A stretch of 64,000 bases of DNA from Flavobacteriales bacterium. GTDB lineage: Bacteria; Bacteroidota; Bacteroidia; Flavobacteriales_F; PHOS-HE28. The position numbers were made by a program, and so were the translations under genes. Location of the stretch: positions 2,272 through 66,271 of the forward strand of contig JAGPDT010000006.1 in NCBI GenBank assembly GCA_018057455.1, written 5' to 3'. This document shows positions 43,486 through 53,760 of this stretch, piece after piece. Numbering within the stretch: the stretch's first letter is position 1; each line of letters begins with the position of its first letter. Below the pieces are notes generated by a model that saw nothing but the letters and a program-made list of their open reading frames with translations, did not search any database and was not told the DNA's origin.

Positions 43486-45300
43486 TCAATGCCCTTCGTC
43501 CTCCTCGCCCGCCTCCATGGGCACCGTCTGCGGCACGAAGTCGTCCGCCTTACCGGGCTTGCTGTAGTCGTAGGGCCAGCGGTGCACCGTGGGCAGCGCG
43601 CCGGGCCAGTTGCCATGCAGGCGTTCCACCGGGGCGGTCCACTCCAAGGTGTTGCTGCGCCAGGGGTTTTGCACCGACTTCTGCCCACGCCAGATGCTGT
43701 GGAAGAAGTTGTAGGTGAACACCACCTGCACCACGCCGCCCAGGATGGCGAAGTAGGTGATGATCACGTTCAGGTCCATGAAGTGGCCTTGGAACATGGG
43801 GAACTCCGTATAGTCATAGTAGCGCCTGGGGCCGCCCGCCAGGCCCACGTAGTGCATGGGGATGAACACGCCATAGGCCGCGATCAGGGTGCCCCAGAAG
43901 TGCACATAGCCCAAGCGGTTGCTCATCATGCGGCCGTAAAGCCGCGGGAACCAGTGGTATACGCCGGCGAGCATGGCGAAGATGGCGCTCACGCCCATCA
44001 CCATGTGGAAGTGGGCCACCACGAAGTAGGTGTCGTGCACCTGGATGTCCAGTGCGCTGTTGGCCAGGATGATGCCGGTGAGGCCGCCGGCGATGAAGGT
44101 GGACACCATGGCGATGCTGAAGAGCATGGCCGGGGAGAAGACGATGTTCCCCCGCCACAGCGTGGTGATGTAGTTGAACACCTTGATGGCGCTGGGCACC
44201 GCGATAAGGATGGTGGTGAAGGAGAAGACTGCGCCCAGGAACGGGTTCATGCCGGTGATGAACATGTGGTGGGCCCACACGATGAAGCTCAGGAAGGAGA
44301 TGGCCATCAGGGAGCCGATCATGGCACGGTAGCCGAAGATGGGCTTGCGGCTCATGGTGGAGATCACCTCTGAACTGATGCCGAACGCGGGCAGGATGAT
44401 GATGTACACCTCGGGGTGCCCCAGGAACCAGAACAGGTGCTGGTAGAGGATGGGGCTTCCGCCCATGTTGTCCAACGCTTCACCGGCGATATGGATCTCG
44501 CTGAGGTAGAAACTGGTGCCCATCAGGCGGTCCATGATCAGCAGCACCACGGCGCTCACCAGCACGGGGAAGGCCAGCACGCCCACGATGGCCGTGAGCA
44601 GCAGGGCCCAGATCGTCAGGGGCAGGCGCGTCATCTTCATGCCCTTGGTGCGCAGGTTGAGGATGGTGACGATGTAGTTGAGGCTGCCCATGAGCGAACC
44701 CGCGATGAAGAGCACCATGCTGAAGAGCCAGAGGGTCATGCCCGCGCCCGAACCCGGAATGGCCTCCGGCAGCACGCTCAACGGCGGGTACACGGTCCAG
44801 CCGCCCGAGGCCGGCCCGCTTTCCACGAAGAGCGAGGAGAGCATCACGATGGAGGCCGCGAGGAAGAACCAGTAGGAAAGCATGTTGATGAACCCGCTGG
44901 CCATGTCGCGCGCGCCAATCTGCAGGGGGATCAGCAAGTTGCTGAAGGTGCCCGACAGGCCGCCGGTGAGCACGAAGAAGACCATGATGGTTCCGTGGAT
45001 GGTGACCAGGCCCAGGTACATCGAGGGGCTCAGCACACCGTCCGGCGCCCATTTGTCGCCCAGGAAGAACCGCGTGAAGGCAAAGCTTTCACCGGGGAAG
45101 GCGATCTGCAGGCGGAAGATCATGGACATGATCATGGCGATCCATGCCATCACGATGGCCGTGATGAGGAATTGCTTGCTGATCATCTTGTGATCGCGCG
45201 AGAAGATGTACTTCGAGATGAAGCTCTCCTGGTGATGGTGAAGTCCCGCGTGGGCGTGGCCGCTGTGGTCGGCAGCCTGCGGAGTAGCTACGGCGCTCAT
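43486..45300 (-). CDS. ctaD: cytochrome c oxidase subunit I
   Basis: Contains HKMISKQFLITA, TIHGTIMVFF, WAHHMF, FHMVMG and HYVGLAGGPRRY. The ATG at 45300 is preferred over the track's 45354. Confidence 0.93.
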   Translation of the reverse strand: MSAVATPQAADHSGHAHAGLHHHQESFISKYIFSRDHKMISKQFLITAIVMAWIAMIMSMIFRLQIAFPGESFAFTRFFLGDKWAPDGVLSPSMYLGLVTIHGTIMVFFVLTGGLSGTFSNLLIPLQIGARDMASGFINMLSYWFFLAASIVMLSSLFVESGPASGGWTVYPPLSVLPEAIPGSGAGMTLWLFSMVLFIAGSLMGSLNYIVTILNLRTKGMKMTRLPLTIWALLLTAIVGVLAFPVLVSAVVLLIMDRLMGTSFYLSEIHIAGEALDNMGGSPILYQHLFWFLGHPEVYIIILPAFGISSEVISTMSRKPIFGYRAMIGSLMAISFLSFIVWAHHMFITGMNPFLGAVFSFTTILIAVPSAIKVFNYITTLWRGNIVFSPAMLFSIAMVSTFIAGGLTGIILANSALDIQVHDTYFVVAHFHMVMGVSAIFAMLAGVYHWFPRLYGRMMSNRLGYVHFWGTLIAAYGVFIPMHYVGLAGGPRRYYDYTEFPMFQGHFMDLNVIITYFAILGGVVQVVFTYNFFHSIWRGQKSVQNPWRSNTLEWTAPVERLHGNWPGALPTVHRWPYDYSKPGKADDFVPQTVPMEAGEEDEGH

Positions 45301-45304
45301 GTTC

Positions 45305-46579
45305 TCAGTTCGATTCTTGGTTCGTTCCAGCAGCGGCCACGGGAGCTGCTGCACTGTCCGGCTTCAGGGTATCGGCGGCGGCGGCTTCCACGGCGGCCTT
45401 GGGGTCACCCGGCTTCTCGAAGACGGGCAGCATGATGTTCCACACCTTGAAGGCACCGGCCGGCTCCACCGTGAGCGTGGACTGCATGTTGTAGTGCGAA
45501 ATGCCGCATACCTTGTTGCACATCAGGATGTAGTCGAAGGCCTCGTTGCCGGTGATCGCCCGCATGCTGTCGGTGGTGATCGTGGGGTTGAGGTGCATGC
45601 GCGTGGTCATGCCCGGCACCGTGTTCATCTGTGCGCGCATGTGCGGCAGGTAAGCGCTGTGGATCACGTCCTGGCTGCGGCAAAGCAGTTCCACATCGGT
45701 GTTCACCGGCAGGTGGAACTCCTTGGTCACCTTGTCATCGGCCCCGTGCAGGTAGCTGCTGTTGCCGCCGTTGGCCTTGATGTCCTCCTCCATCAGGATT
45801 TGCAGGCCCATGAGCCGTTCGATCATGCGCCGCAGGTGGGCGATGTCCCCGTTCTGCTCTTCCAGCTTGTCGGCGGGCAGCACATCGGCCTTGGCGGCCA
45901 GGTCGGCCTCCGCCTTGGCCAAGTCCTGCTGGAGGGTGGCCAATCGGTCGCCCAAGGTTTTGCGCGTCACAATGCCCAAGGGGTTCTCGGCGGTGATCAG
46001 CCGGTAGTCGCTGGCGCCCAACTTGCCGTCCTTGCCCGGGTAGCGGAAGGTCCAGTCGAACTGCTTGGAATAGACCTCCACTTCCATGGTGCCCGGTGCG
46101 GGCGTGGCCGAGATCTTGTTCCAGATGACCAATGCGTAGATGATCGTTCCGATGAGCACGATGGTGGGGATCACCGTCCAGACCAGTTCCAACTTGTTGT
46201 TGTGCGGGTACCAATAAGCCCGTTTGCCGTCGCGGTGGTAGTACTTGCCCACATAGTAGAACAGGGCGATGTTGGTGCCGAAGAACACGATGCCCAACAA
46301 GATCCAGTTGTAGAGGTACATCCCGTCGATCCACACACCCTGGGTGCTGGCGGGCGGCGGCAGGAACACTTCATGGTAGCGGAAAGGCAGCCAGATGAAG
46401 AGGGCCAGGTAGAGCACCCCGAAGAGCCACATCAGGCGGCCCTGCGTCCGGTTGGCGTGTTCGGAGATCACTTCCTCGCGCGTTCCGCGCAACTCGCCGG
46501 TGAGCTCGGCCACGCGGCTCAGGCGCAGGACCACCATGAAGCCCAGCACCAGCACTGCAAGTATCAACAACGTCATCAT
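45305..46579 (-). CDS. coxB: cytochrome c oxidase subunit II (long Bacteroidota form)
   Basis: Two N-terminal TM segments and a CuA region: DVIHSAYLPHMRAQMN...LMCNKVCGISHYNM (H...CxxxCxxxHxxM). Confidence 0.85.
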   Translation of the reverse strand: MMTLLILAVLVLGFMVVLRLSRVAELTGELRGTREEVISEHANRTQGRLMWLFGVLYLALFIWLPFRYHEVFLPPPASTQGVWIDGMYLYNWILLGIVFFGTNIALFYYVGKYYHRDGKRAYWYPHNNKLELVWTVIPTIVLIGTIIYALVIWNKISATPAPGTMEVEVYSKQFDWTFRYPGKDGKLGASDYRLITAENPLGIVTRKTLGDRLATLQQDLAKAEADLAAKADVLPADKLEEQNGDIAHLRRMIERLMGLQILMEEDIKANGGNSSYLHGADDKVTKEFHLPVNTDVELLCRSQDVIHSAYLPHMRAQMNTVPGMTTRMHLNPTITTDSMRAITGNEAFDYILMCNKVCGISHYNMQSTLTVEPAGAFKVWNIMLPVFEKPGDPKAAVEAAAADTLKPDSAAAPVAAAGTNQESN

Positions 46580-46612
46580 GCCTGTTCGATTATGCGCGGT
46601 TAGGTCCGGGGA

Positions 46613-47821
46613 TCAAATGTGGTGGTGAACGCTTTCCTCCAGGAAGGGGTGGGACACCACGGTGAGCGGTGCCTTGGCCAAGGCGGCGAGCACCGTGCGG
46701 ATGAACGCCCCCAGGAACAGCGTGAAGAAGCCGATCTCCAAGAGGCCGATCTGCTCGAAGTGCGGTCCCAGGGTACCGGGCAGGATCAGCAGCAGGGTGT
46801 CCATCCAGTGGCCGATGAAGATCACCACGCCCACGCCGATCAGGAACTTGGGGGAGCGCTTGGCGTCACGGCTCATCAGCAGCAACATCGGCAAGGCGAA
46901 GTTGATGAAGAAGGTCGCCCAGGTCAACCAGGGATGACTGCTGAGCCGGGGCACGAAATAGGTCACCTCCTCGGGGATGTTGGAGTACCAGGTAAGCATG
47001 AACTGCTCAAAGTAAAGGTAGCTCCAGAGGAAACTCACGGCGAACATCCATTTGCCCATGTCCTGCAGGTGGCTGCCGGTCACTTGGGGCAGGTATCCCT
47101 TGCCCTTGAGGTAGAGCACCAGGATTACGGCGGTGATCATGCCGCTGGCCCACATGCCCCCGAAGACGTACCAGCCGAAGAGGGCGCTTTTCCAGTGCAC
47201 GTCAATGCTCATGATCCAATCCCACGCCAGCAGCGAGCTGAAGAAGGCGAAGAGCACGATGAACACCACGCTGCGCCGGTAGTTCTTCCAGTGGGAAGCG
47301 AGCAGGGCCTCGCCCGATTCCTTGTCCATGCGCAGGCTGTGTGCCCGGAACCAACGGGTGAAGAACACGAAGGTGCCGAGGATCAGCAAGGCGCGTACCC
47401 AGAAGAAGGGCTTGTTCAGGTAACCGGAAAGGAACCCGATGCGGGGGTCGAAGTGGTCGGCGTCGGCCGGGTCCAGGGCACGGGCATCCATCCAATGCCA
47501 GATGTGGTTGAGCCCGATGGAACCGGCCACCAGCACCAACAACACCGTCAACGCGCCCCAAGGCACATACATGGCGATGGCCTCGTACACCCGCTTCACC
47601 ATCACCGTCCACGCGGTCTCGGTCACGTGGTTCAGGGCGTAGAAGAACAAGGTGCCCAGGGCGATGAAGAAGAAGAACAGGGCATTGGCATAGAACGCCG
47701 CCCAGGAATATTGCTTGTGGTCGGAATGGTCGCCCACCACACCGATGGCCGCCATCACCAGGCCGATGACGATCAACGCCAAGGTGATGGTGCCGGCCCG
47801 TTTGCTTATGGTGAAGTTCAT
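46613..47821 (-). CDS. actF: alternative complex III subunit ActF-like polytopic membrane protein
   Basis: About 400 aa with about 10 TM segments, in the last position of the act block. The ATG at 47821 is preferred; the GTG at 47839 is an alternative. Confidence 0.7.
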   Translation of the reverse strand: MNFTISKRAGTITLALIVIGLVMAAIGVVGDHSDHKQYSWAAFYANALFFFFIALGTLFFYALNHVTETAWTVMVKRVYEAIAMYVPWGALTVLLVLVAGSIGLNHIWHWMDARALDPADADHFDPRIGFLSGYLNKPFFWVRALLILGTFVFFTRWFRAHSLRMDKESGEALLASHWKNYRRSVVFIVLFAFFSSLLAWDWIMSIDVHWKSALFGWYVFGGMWASGMITAVILVLYLKGKGYLPQVTGSHLQDMGKWMFAVSFLWSYLYFEQFMLTWYSNIPEEVTYFVPRLSSHPWLTWATFFINFALPMLLLMSRDAKRSPKFLIGVGVVIFIGHWMDTLLLILPGTLGPHFEQIGLLEIGFFTLFLGAFIRTVLAALAKAPLTVVSHPFLEESVHHHI

Positions 47822-47835
47822 TGCTGCTGATTTGA

Positions 47836-48525
47836 TCACTTGGCTTGGGTAGCTGCGGCTGCGGTGTCCTGGGCTGCGGGCCCACCGGCCATTTTACCGC
47901 CGTTCTGGAGGTACTTCACGTACTGCACCACCAACCAGCGCTCCTTGTGGTTGAGCTGGCTGGCATGGCTGCCCATGGCGATGTTGCGCCCGTAAGTGAT
48001 GGAATGGAAGACCTTGCCCTCGGGCAGGTCCTTGAGCTGGCTGCCGTCATAGGCGGGAGGAGGCGGGTAGTTGCCCTTGTTCACCACCGTTCCATCGCCC
48101 TTGCCTTTGGCCCCATGGCACTCGATGCAGAACTTGTCGTAGATCGCCTTTCCTTGCTCCACGGTGGCGTCGGTCATGGCAATGGGGCTGTGCAGCTCAC
48201 GGCCGGCCTGCTCATACCCCTCCGGGGTGTTGGGATAGGGGTATGGGAAGTTGAAGGCGGCATCGGCCTCGCTCCCGGCGAAGGGGATGGTGCCCTCCAC
48301 CGGCAAGCGTGCACTGGCCGTTGCCCGCTGGGCCGAGGCCAGGCTGTCGCCGAAGTAGTAGGGGTCCTGGCCGTAGTCCACGTACGCCTCAACGGCCGGG
48401 CTGCGGTACATGTCCGGCATGTACTCCAAGCCGGGGCTGTCCGGGTTGCTGCTGCATCCGGCCAGCAGGGCCACGCCGCCGATGGCGGCGGCGATCAAGC
48501 CGGGATTGAACTTCTTGCTCGTCAT
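47836..48525 (-). CDS. actE: alternative complex III subunit ActE (monoheme cytochrome c lipoprotein)
   Basis: Lipobox LLAGCSS and a single CIECHG heme motif. Confidence 0.75.
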   Translation of the reverse strand: MTSKKFNPGLIAAAIGGVALLAGCSSNPDSPGLEYMPDMYRSPAVEAYVDYGQDPYYFGDSLASAQRATASARLPVEGTIPFAGSEADAAFNFPYPYPNTPEGYEQAGRELHSPIAMTDATVEQGKAIYDKFCIECHGAKGKGDGTVVNKGNYPPPPAYDGSQLKDLPEGKVFHSITYGRNIAMGSHASQLNHKERWLVVQYVKYLQNGGKMAGGPAAQDTAAAATQAK

Positions 48526-48527
48526 GT

Positions 48528-49061
48528 TCAATAGTGGCGTTCATTGATCTCCAGCACGGCGGTGTCGCGCAGCATGCCCGTGATGGCCTCGGGGGCGTGC
48601 TGGTGATTGTCCTCGGTGCGCAGTTCGATGATGAACTTGTCGTCGGTGCTGCGCGGGTCCGGGTTGCGGGCCGGCATGCCGGGCAGGGTCTTGTTGCGGA
48701 TCAAATAGGTGATGGCCATGCCATGGGCGGCGCACAGCACGGTGAACTCGAACAGCACCGGCACGAAGGCAGGCACGTTCTGGTAGAAATACTGGTTGGG
48801 CTTGCCCCCGACGTTCATCGGCCAGTCGTAGATCATCATGTACCATGTGCCCAACACGGCCAAGGACAGGCCCATGATGCCGAACATGAACGATACGATG
48901 CCCAGGCGGGTGCGCTTCAGCCCGATGATGGGGTCGATGCCGTGGACCGGGAAGGGGCTGAAGACGTCGCGCACGTGCACGCCGGCGGTCACCAGCTTGC
49001 GCGCGGCATCCTTCAGCAGCTCGGGGTCCTCATAAACCGCGTAGATGACTTTGTTGGCCAT
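48528..49061 (-). CDS. actD: alternative complex III subunit ActD (DUF3341-type membrane protein)
   Basis: MANKVIYAVYEDPELL...VHVRDVFSPFPVHGID with two TM segments. Position between actC and actE. Confidence 0.75.
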   Translation of the reverse strand: MANKVIYAVYEDPELLKDAARKLVTAGVHVRDVFSPFPVHGIDPIIGLKRTRLGIVSFMFGIMGLSLAVLGTWYMMIYDWPMNVGGKPNQYFYQNVPAFVPVLFEFTVLCAAHGMAITYLIRNKTLPGMPARNPDPRSTDDKFIIELRTEDNHQHAPEAITGMLRDTAVLEINERHY

Positions 49062-49066
49062 GACGC

Positions 49067-50461
49067 TCAATGCTGGGATTTGGGTAAGGTGTCGCCCTTG
49101 TAGCTCTCGCCGCTGGACTTCAGGATGCTCTTGAGCTCATTGAGGGCCAGCACCGGGAAATAGCGTGCGAAGAGCAGGTACAAGGTGAAGAAGATGCCGA
49201 TTGTGCCCAGGAAGGTGCCCACGTCCACCCAGGAGGGGTAGAACATGGTCCAGCCTGAGGGCATGTAGTCGCGGTGCAGGCAGAGCACGATGATGTCGAA
49301 GCGCTCGAACCACATGCCCACGTTGATGACGATGGAGATGGCCCAGGCCCAGAAGAAGCTGGTGCGGATTTTCTTGAACCAGAGCATGCCGGGGATGAGG
49401 ATGTTGCAGATGATCAGCGCCCAGAACGCCCAGGCGTACTGGCCGGTGGCCGCACCCACCGACATGTAGGTGTAGTATTCGTATTCCACGCCGCTGTACC
49501 AGCCCATGAAGAACTCCGTGGCATAGGCCACGGCCACGATGCCGCCCGTGACCATGATCACGATGTTCATGTATTCCACGTGCTTGCGGGTCACGTAGGC
49601 CTCGAGCTTCATGGCCTTGCGCATGATCAGCAGCAGGGTCTGCACCATGGCGAAGCCCGAGAAGATGGCACCGGCCACGAAGTAGGGCGGGTAGATGGTG
49701 CTGTGCCAGCCGGGCACCAGCGAGGTGGCGAAGTCCATGGACACCACCGAGTGCACGGAGAACACCAGCGGGGTGGCCAGGCCGGCCAGCACCAGGCTCA
49801 CCTCTTCAAACCGCTGCCAGGCCTTGGCATTGCCGGTCCATCCGAAGGAGAGCACCGAGTAGAGGTTCTTCTGCCACTTCTTCTTCACGCGGTCGCGCAG
49901 GGTGGCGAAATCGGGGATCAGGCCGATGTACCAGTACACCAATGAAACCGAGAAGTAGGTGGAAATGGCGAACACGTCCCAGAGCAGGGCCGAGTTGAAG
50001 TTCACCCACAAGGACCCGAACTGGTTGGGCAGGGGGAACACGAAATAGGCCAGCCAGATGCGGCCCATGTGGATCATGGGGAACACGGCGGCCATGATCA
50101 CGGCGAAGATGGTCATGGCCTCGGCCGACCGGTTCACGGCCATGCGCCACTTCTGGCGGAAGAGCAGCAGCACCGCGCTGATCAGCGTGCCGGCGTGGCC
50201 AATGCCCACCCACCACACGAAGTTGGTGATGTCCCAGGCCCAGTTGATGGTCTTGTTCAGGCCCCAGACGCCGATGCCCTTGCTGAAGAGGTAGAGGATG
50301 CAGGCCACGCCGTAGAGGGCGATGATCGACGCGATGGTGATCAGTACGTACCAAGTGGTGGGGGCCTTGTTCTCGATGGGTGCGGACACATCGGCGGTGA
50401 TGTCGCCGTACGTCCTGTGGCCCAGGATGAGCGGGGGTCTGATCGCTGATTCTTGATGCAT
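49067..50461 (-). CDS. actC: alternative complex III subunit ActC (NrfD/PsrC-like quinol-interacting membrane protein)
   Basis: 464 aa with about 10 TM segments and NrfD-like W-rich helices (WDITNFVWWVGIGHAGTLIS). Confidence 0.85.
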   Translation of the reverse strand: MHQESAIRPPLILGHRTYGDITADVSAPIENKAPTTWYVLITIASIIALYGVACILYLFSKGIGVWGLNKTINWAWDITNFVWWVGIGHAGTLISAVLLLFRQKWRMAVNRSAEAMTIFAVIMAAVFPMIHMGRIWLAYFVFPLPNQFGSLWVNFNSALLWDVFAISTYFSVSLVYWYIGLIPDFATLRDRVKKKWQKNLYSVLSFGWTGNAKAWQRFEEVSLVLAGLATPLVFSVHSVVSMDFATSLVPGWHSTIYPPYFVAGAIFSGFAMVQTLLLIMRKAMKLEAYVTRKHVEYMNIVIMVTGGIVAVAYATEFFMGWYSGVEYEYYTYMSVGAATGQYAWAFWALIICNILIPGMLWFKKIRTSFFWAWAISIVINVGMWFERFDIIVLCLHRDYMPSGWTMFYPSWVDVGTFLGTIGIFFTLYLLFARYFPVLALNELKSILKSSGESYKGDTLPKSQH

Positions 50462-50476
50462 CTTTCCGGTTCTCTC

Positions 50477-53400
50477 TTAGGCTTTGTTGTTGTCCGCGTC
50501 GGTGGTGTTGCGCACCTTCACCAGGTAGGTGATGTTGGGCTGGGTGCCGATCTCTTCCAGCATCTCATAGCCGCGGGGATTGTCACGACCGGCGCGTGCC
50601 GCACTGTTGGTATCGTTCAGGTCGCCGAAGATGATGGCACCGTAACCACAGGCCGCGGAGCAGGCCGTTTGGATGTCGCCGTCGCGCACCGGGCGTCCTT
50701 CCTTCTTGGCGTCCAGCTTGCCTGCCTGGATACGCTGCACGCAGAGCGTGCACTTCTCCATCACCCCGCGGGCGCGCACCACCACGTCCGGGTTGAGCAC
50801 CATGCGGCCCAGCTCGTCCCACGCGGGGTTCACCTGGCCGAAATCCTCGGTGACGTAGTTGAACCAGTTGAAGCGGCGCACCTTGTAGGGGCAGTTGTTG
50901 GCGCAGTAGCGTGTGCCGATGCACCGGTTGTAGGCCATCATGTTCAACCCTTCGTCGCTGTGCGTGGTGGCCGCCACGGGGCACACCGTTTCGCAAGGCG
51001 CGTGGTTGCAGTGCTGGCACATCATGGGGATGAACAGCACCGACGGGTTGGTGCCCGGCTCTTCCATGGCCGACAGCTTGTCCGCCCAACCGAGGCCCCC
51101 GGTCTCCTTGTTTGTGTCGCTGCTGTAATAGCGGTCGATGCGCAACCAGTGCATTTCGCGGCTGCGGCGCACCTCGTCCTTGCCCACCACGGAGATGTTG
51201 TTCTCACTGTTGCAGGCGGTGATGCACGCCCCGCAGCCGATGCAGCTGTTCAGGTCGATGCTCATGCCCCAGCGGTGGCCCATTTCTTCGATGGGATGAT
51301 CGGCCCAGAGCGTGACGGAGGTGGCCGGCACACGGTCTTTGGCGTTGATGTGGCCGTCGTTGTTCACGTCCTCATGGACCGCCAACGTGTGGGGCTTGTT
51401 GTAGGTCTCCTCGGGCTTGTTCAAGGCCCACACGTTGAACGTGGTCTCCTTCACGATGCTGCCCCGTTCCATGCCGGTCATCTGGGTCTGCGTGAGGGCG
51501 ATGGCATAGGTGCGGCCGGTAGGTTCCACTGCCGCGGCCAGCGCCTCAAGGCGCACCGTATTGCCGCGCACCGCCGTCCATGGATAGGCGTTCCGGCCCA
51601 CGGGTGCCGGGCTTCCATCGGGGTTGCGCAAGCAGGCGGCACGGCCCACGCGCTCGCCATTGGCGCCACGGCCGTAACCCAAGGCCACGGCGATGGTCTT
51701 CGAGGCTTGGCCCGGGCTGAGCACGGCGGGGAGTTCCATGGCCACGCCGTTCACCGTGACCTTGAGCACTTGCGCCGGGCTCTCCTGGCCGATGTAGAGC
51801 TCCTTGAAGCTCTTGCCGGTGAGTGCGCTCAGGTCTTCCGGGCTGATGCAGATGTAGTTGTCCCAGGTGGCCTTGGTAATCGGGTCCGGCAGTTCCTGCA
51901 GCCATGGGTTGTTGGCGTGAAGACCGCTGGCCAAGGCTTCGGAGGCGTACACTTCCAGCTCCCATTCCCCGGCGCCTTTCACCCCTTCCAACGCGCGCCG
52001 GCCGGCATCGGCCAGGTCCGCGGTAAACGGCGTGGGCTCCGTGATGGCCGCGGCACCTTGGTACACGCCGTCGTGCAAACCTTGGTCCCAGGACGTGGTC
52101 AGGGTGGTCCTGCAGTTGGTCTGCACGAAGCTGCGCCAATCACTGTCCACGCCACTCCACTTCAGCAGGCTCTCACCCCATTGGCGCGTGTCGAACAGCG
52201 GGCGGATGGTAGGCTGGGTCAGCGCAAAGGAACCCACCTTGGGGCTGTGGTCGCCCCAGCTCTCCAGCCAATGGTGGTCGGGCGCGATCCAACTGCACAG
52301 GGAGGCCGTTTCATCGGCATGGCTGCCGAAGCTCACGCTCAAGGGCGCCTTCTTCAGGCCCGCCTTGAACGCCTCGGCATTGGGCAGCGTGTACGCCGGA
52401 TTGACGCCATGGATGAGGATGGCGCCGATGGTACCGGCGTCGAGGTCCTTCACCAGTTGCGCCATTACCGCATCATTGCCTTGGAAGAAGGGCGATGCAT
52501 TGCGGAGGTCGATGGTGCTCCCGTAGTTGCCCAGCATGCTGTTGATGCTGTTCACCAGCACCTGTACGCCTTCATCATTGGCACCACACATCACAACGCT
52601 CTTGCCGCGCGCGGCCACCAGCTCCTTGGCACATTGGGCCACGGACGCTGCCGCACCTGCTGGCAATTTGGCTGGTGGGGCGGCGCTTGTGCCCAAAGCA
52701 GAAGCAATGGCATTGTGCAAGGCCAGCACCACATGGGGGACTTCACTGGGCTTCACGGCAACCCGCTGGTCGGCATTGGCGCCGGTCATGCTCATGCGCG
52801 CCTCGAACTGCCAGTGGCGGCTCATGGGTTGGGCGGCGGTGGCTTGCTCGGGCTTGCGGCGGCTGGCATACTGCCAGGCGTTCTCCGTGGTACTGCCCCA
52901 GTTGCTCAGGAAATCCGCTCCGATGCCCACGACCACATCGGCCTTGGCCAGGTCATAGGACGGGAATGCCCATTTGCCGAAATTCTTGAGGTTGGCGCTG
53001 GAGATGCCCGCGTAGCTGATGGCGTCATACTGCACGTGGTCGACCCCGCCCACGGTGGCGATCACCGCGGCATCACCGCCCGTGATGGACAAGCCATGCT
53101 TGGCCTTGAACACCTCGATGGCCGCCTTGGTACTGGGGCTGATCACGGTGCCGGTGAGGAGCACGATGCGCTTGCCGGCGGCACTGGCCTGGGCCAAACC
53201 ACCGATGATGGCCTTGTCGGCATCGGCCCAAGCCTGCTGGGCCAACTGGCCATTGGTCACCTGCATGGGGCCGGAGAGGCGTTCGCTGTCATACAGGGAC
53301 AGCACGCTGCTGTTGATCCGGGCATTGACGGCGGAACGGCCCGAACGCGGGTCGCGGTTCACCCCGAAGCGGGGGTTGCCGGTGATGTGGATGGGGCGCC

Positions 53401-53740
53401 CTTCGCGGGTCTTCACCAGCACGCTGGCAAAGTCCTCGCCGTCGTAGTAGGTGCTGGCGTACCAGTTGGCCACCCCTGGGGTGATCTCCTCCGGTTTGTT
53501 GACGTAGGGAATGCTTTTGATCACCGGTGCCTCGCAGGCGGCCAAGGTGGCGGCGCCCACGGAGAAACCGAGGAACTTCAGGAAATCACGGCGGCTGGTG
53601 GTGCTGCCGGTGATGCTGCCATCGGCCAACACTTGGTCCAAGGGCATCGGCTCGTTGAACTCATGCGCGTTGGCTTGGGCTGGTGCGGCCGCAGGGTCCA
53701 ATTCGGACAGGTCCTGCCAATATCGCTTCGTGCTCGACAT
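50477..53740 (-). CDS. actB: alternative complex III subunit ActB (molybdopterin-oxidoreductase-like + 4Fe-4S ferredoxin domains, Tat signal)
   Basis: Twin-arginine signal SRRDFLKFLGF, and Fe-S motifs CIGCGACITAC, CQHCNHAPCETVCP and CIGTRYCANNCPYKVRRFN. The ATG at 53740 is preferred over the track's 53782. Confidence 0.9.
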   Translation of the reverse strand: MSSTKRYWQDLSELDPAAAPAQANAHEFNEPMPLDQVLADGSITGSTTSRRDFLKFLGFSVGAATLAACEAPVIKSIPYVNKPEEITPGVANWYASTYYDGEDFASVLVKTREGRPIHITGNPRFGVNRDPRSGRSAVNARINSSVLSLYDSERLSGPMQVTNGQLAQQAWADADKAIIGGLAQASAAGKRIVLLTGTVISPSTKAAIEVFKAKHGLSITGGDAAVIATVGGVDHVQYDAISYAGISSANLKNFGKWAFPSYDLAKADVVVGIGADFLSNWGSTTENAWQYASRRKPEQATAAQPMSRHWQFEARMSMTGANADQRVAVKPSEVPHVVLALHNAIASALGTSAAPPAKLPAGAAASVAQCAKELVAARGKSVVMCGANDEGVQVLVNSINSMLGNYGSTIDLRNASPFFQGNDAVMAQLVKDLDAGTIGAILIHGVNPAYTLPNAEAFKAGLKKAPLSVSFGSHADETASLCSWIAPDHHWLESWGDHSPKVGSFALTQPTIRPLFDTRQWGESLLKWSGVDSDWRSFVQTNCRTTLTTSWDQGLHDGVYQGAAAITEPTPFTADLADAGRRALEGVKGAGEWELEVYASEALASGLHANNPWLQELPDPITKATWDNYICISPEDLSALTGKSFKELYIGQESPAQVLKVTVNGVAMELPAVLSPGQASKTIAVALGYGRGANGERVGRAACLRNPDGSPAPVGRNAYPWTAVRGNTVRLEALAAAVEPTGRTYAIALTQTQMTGMERGSIVKETTFNVWALNKPEETYNKPHTLAVHEDVNNDGHINAKDRVPATSVTLWADHPIEEMGHRWGMSIDLNSCIGCGACITACNSENNISVVGKDEVRRSREMHWLRIDRYYSSDTNKETGGLGWADKLSAMEEPGTNPSVLFIPMMCQHCNHAPCETVCPVAATTHSDEGLNMMAYNRCIGTRYCANNCPYKVRRFNWFNYVTEDFGQVNPAWDELGRMVLNPDVVVRARGVMEKCTLCVQRIQAGKLDAKKEGRPVRDGDIQTACSAACGYGAIIFGDLNDTNSAARAGRDNPRGYEMLEEIGTQPNITYLVKVRNTTDADNNKA

Positions 53741-53760
53741 GTGTGTTCGCTGGATCGATC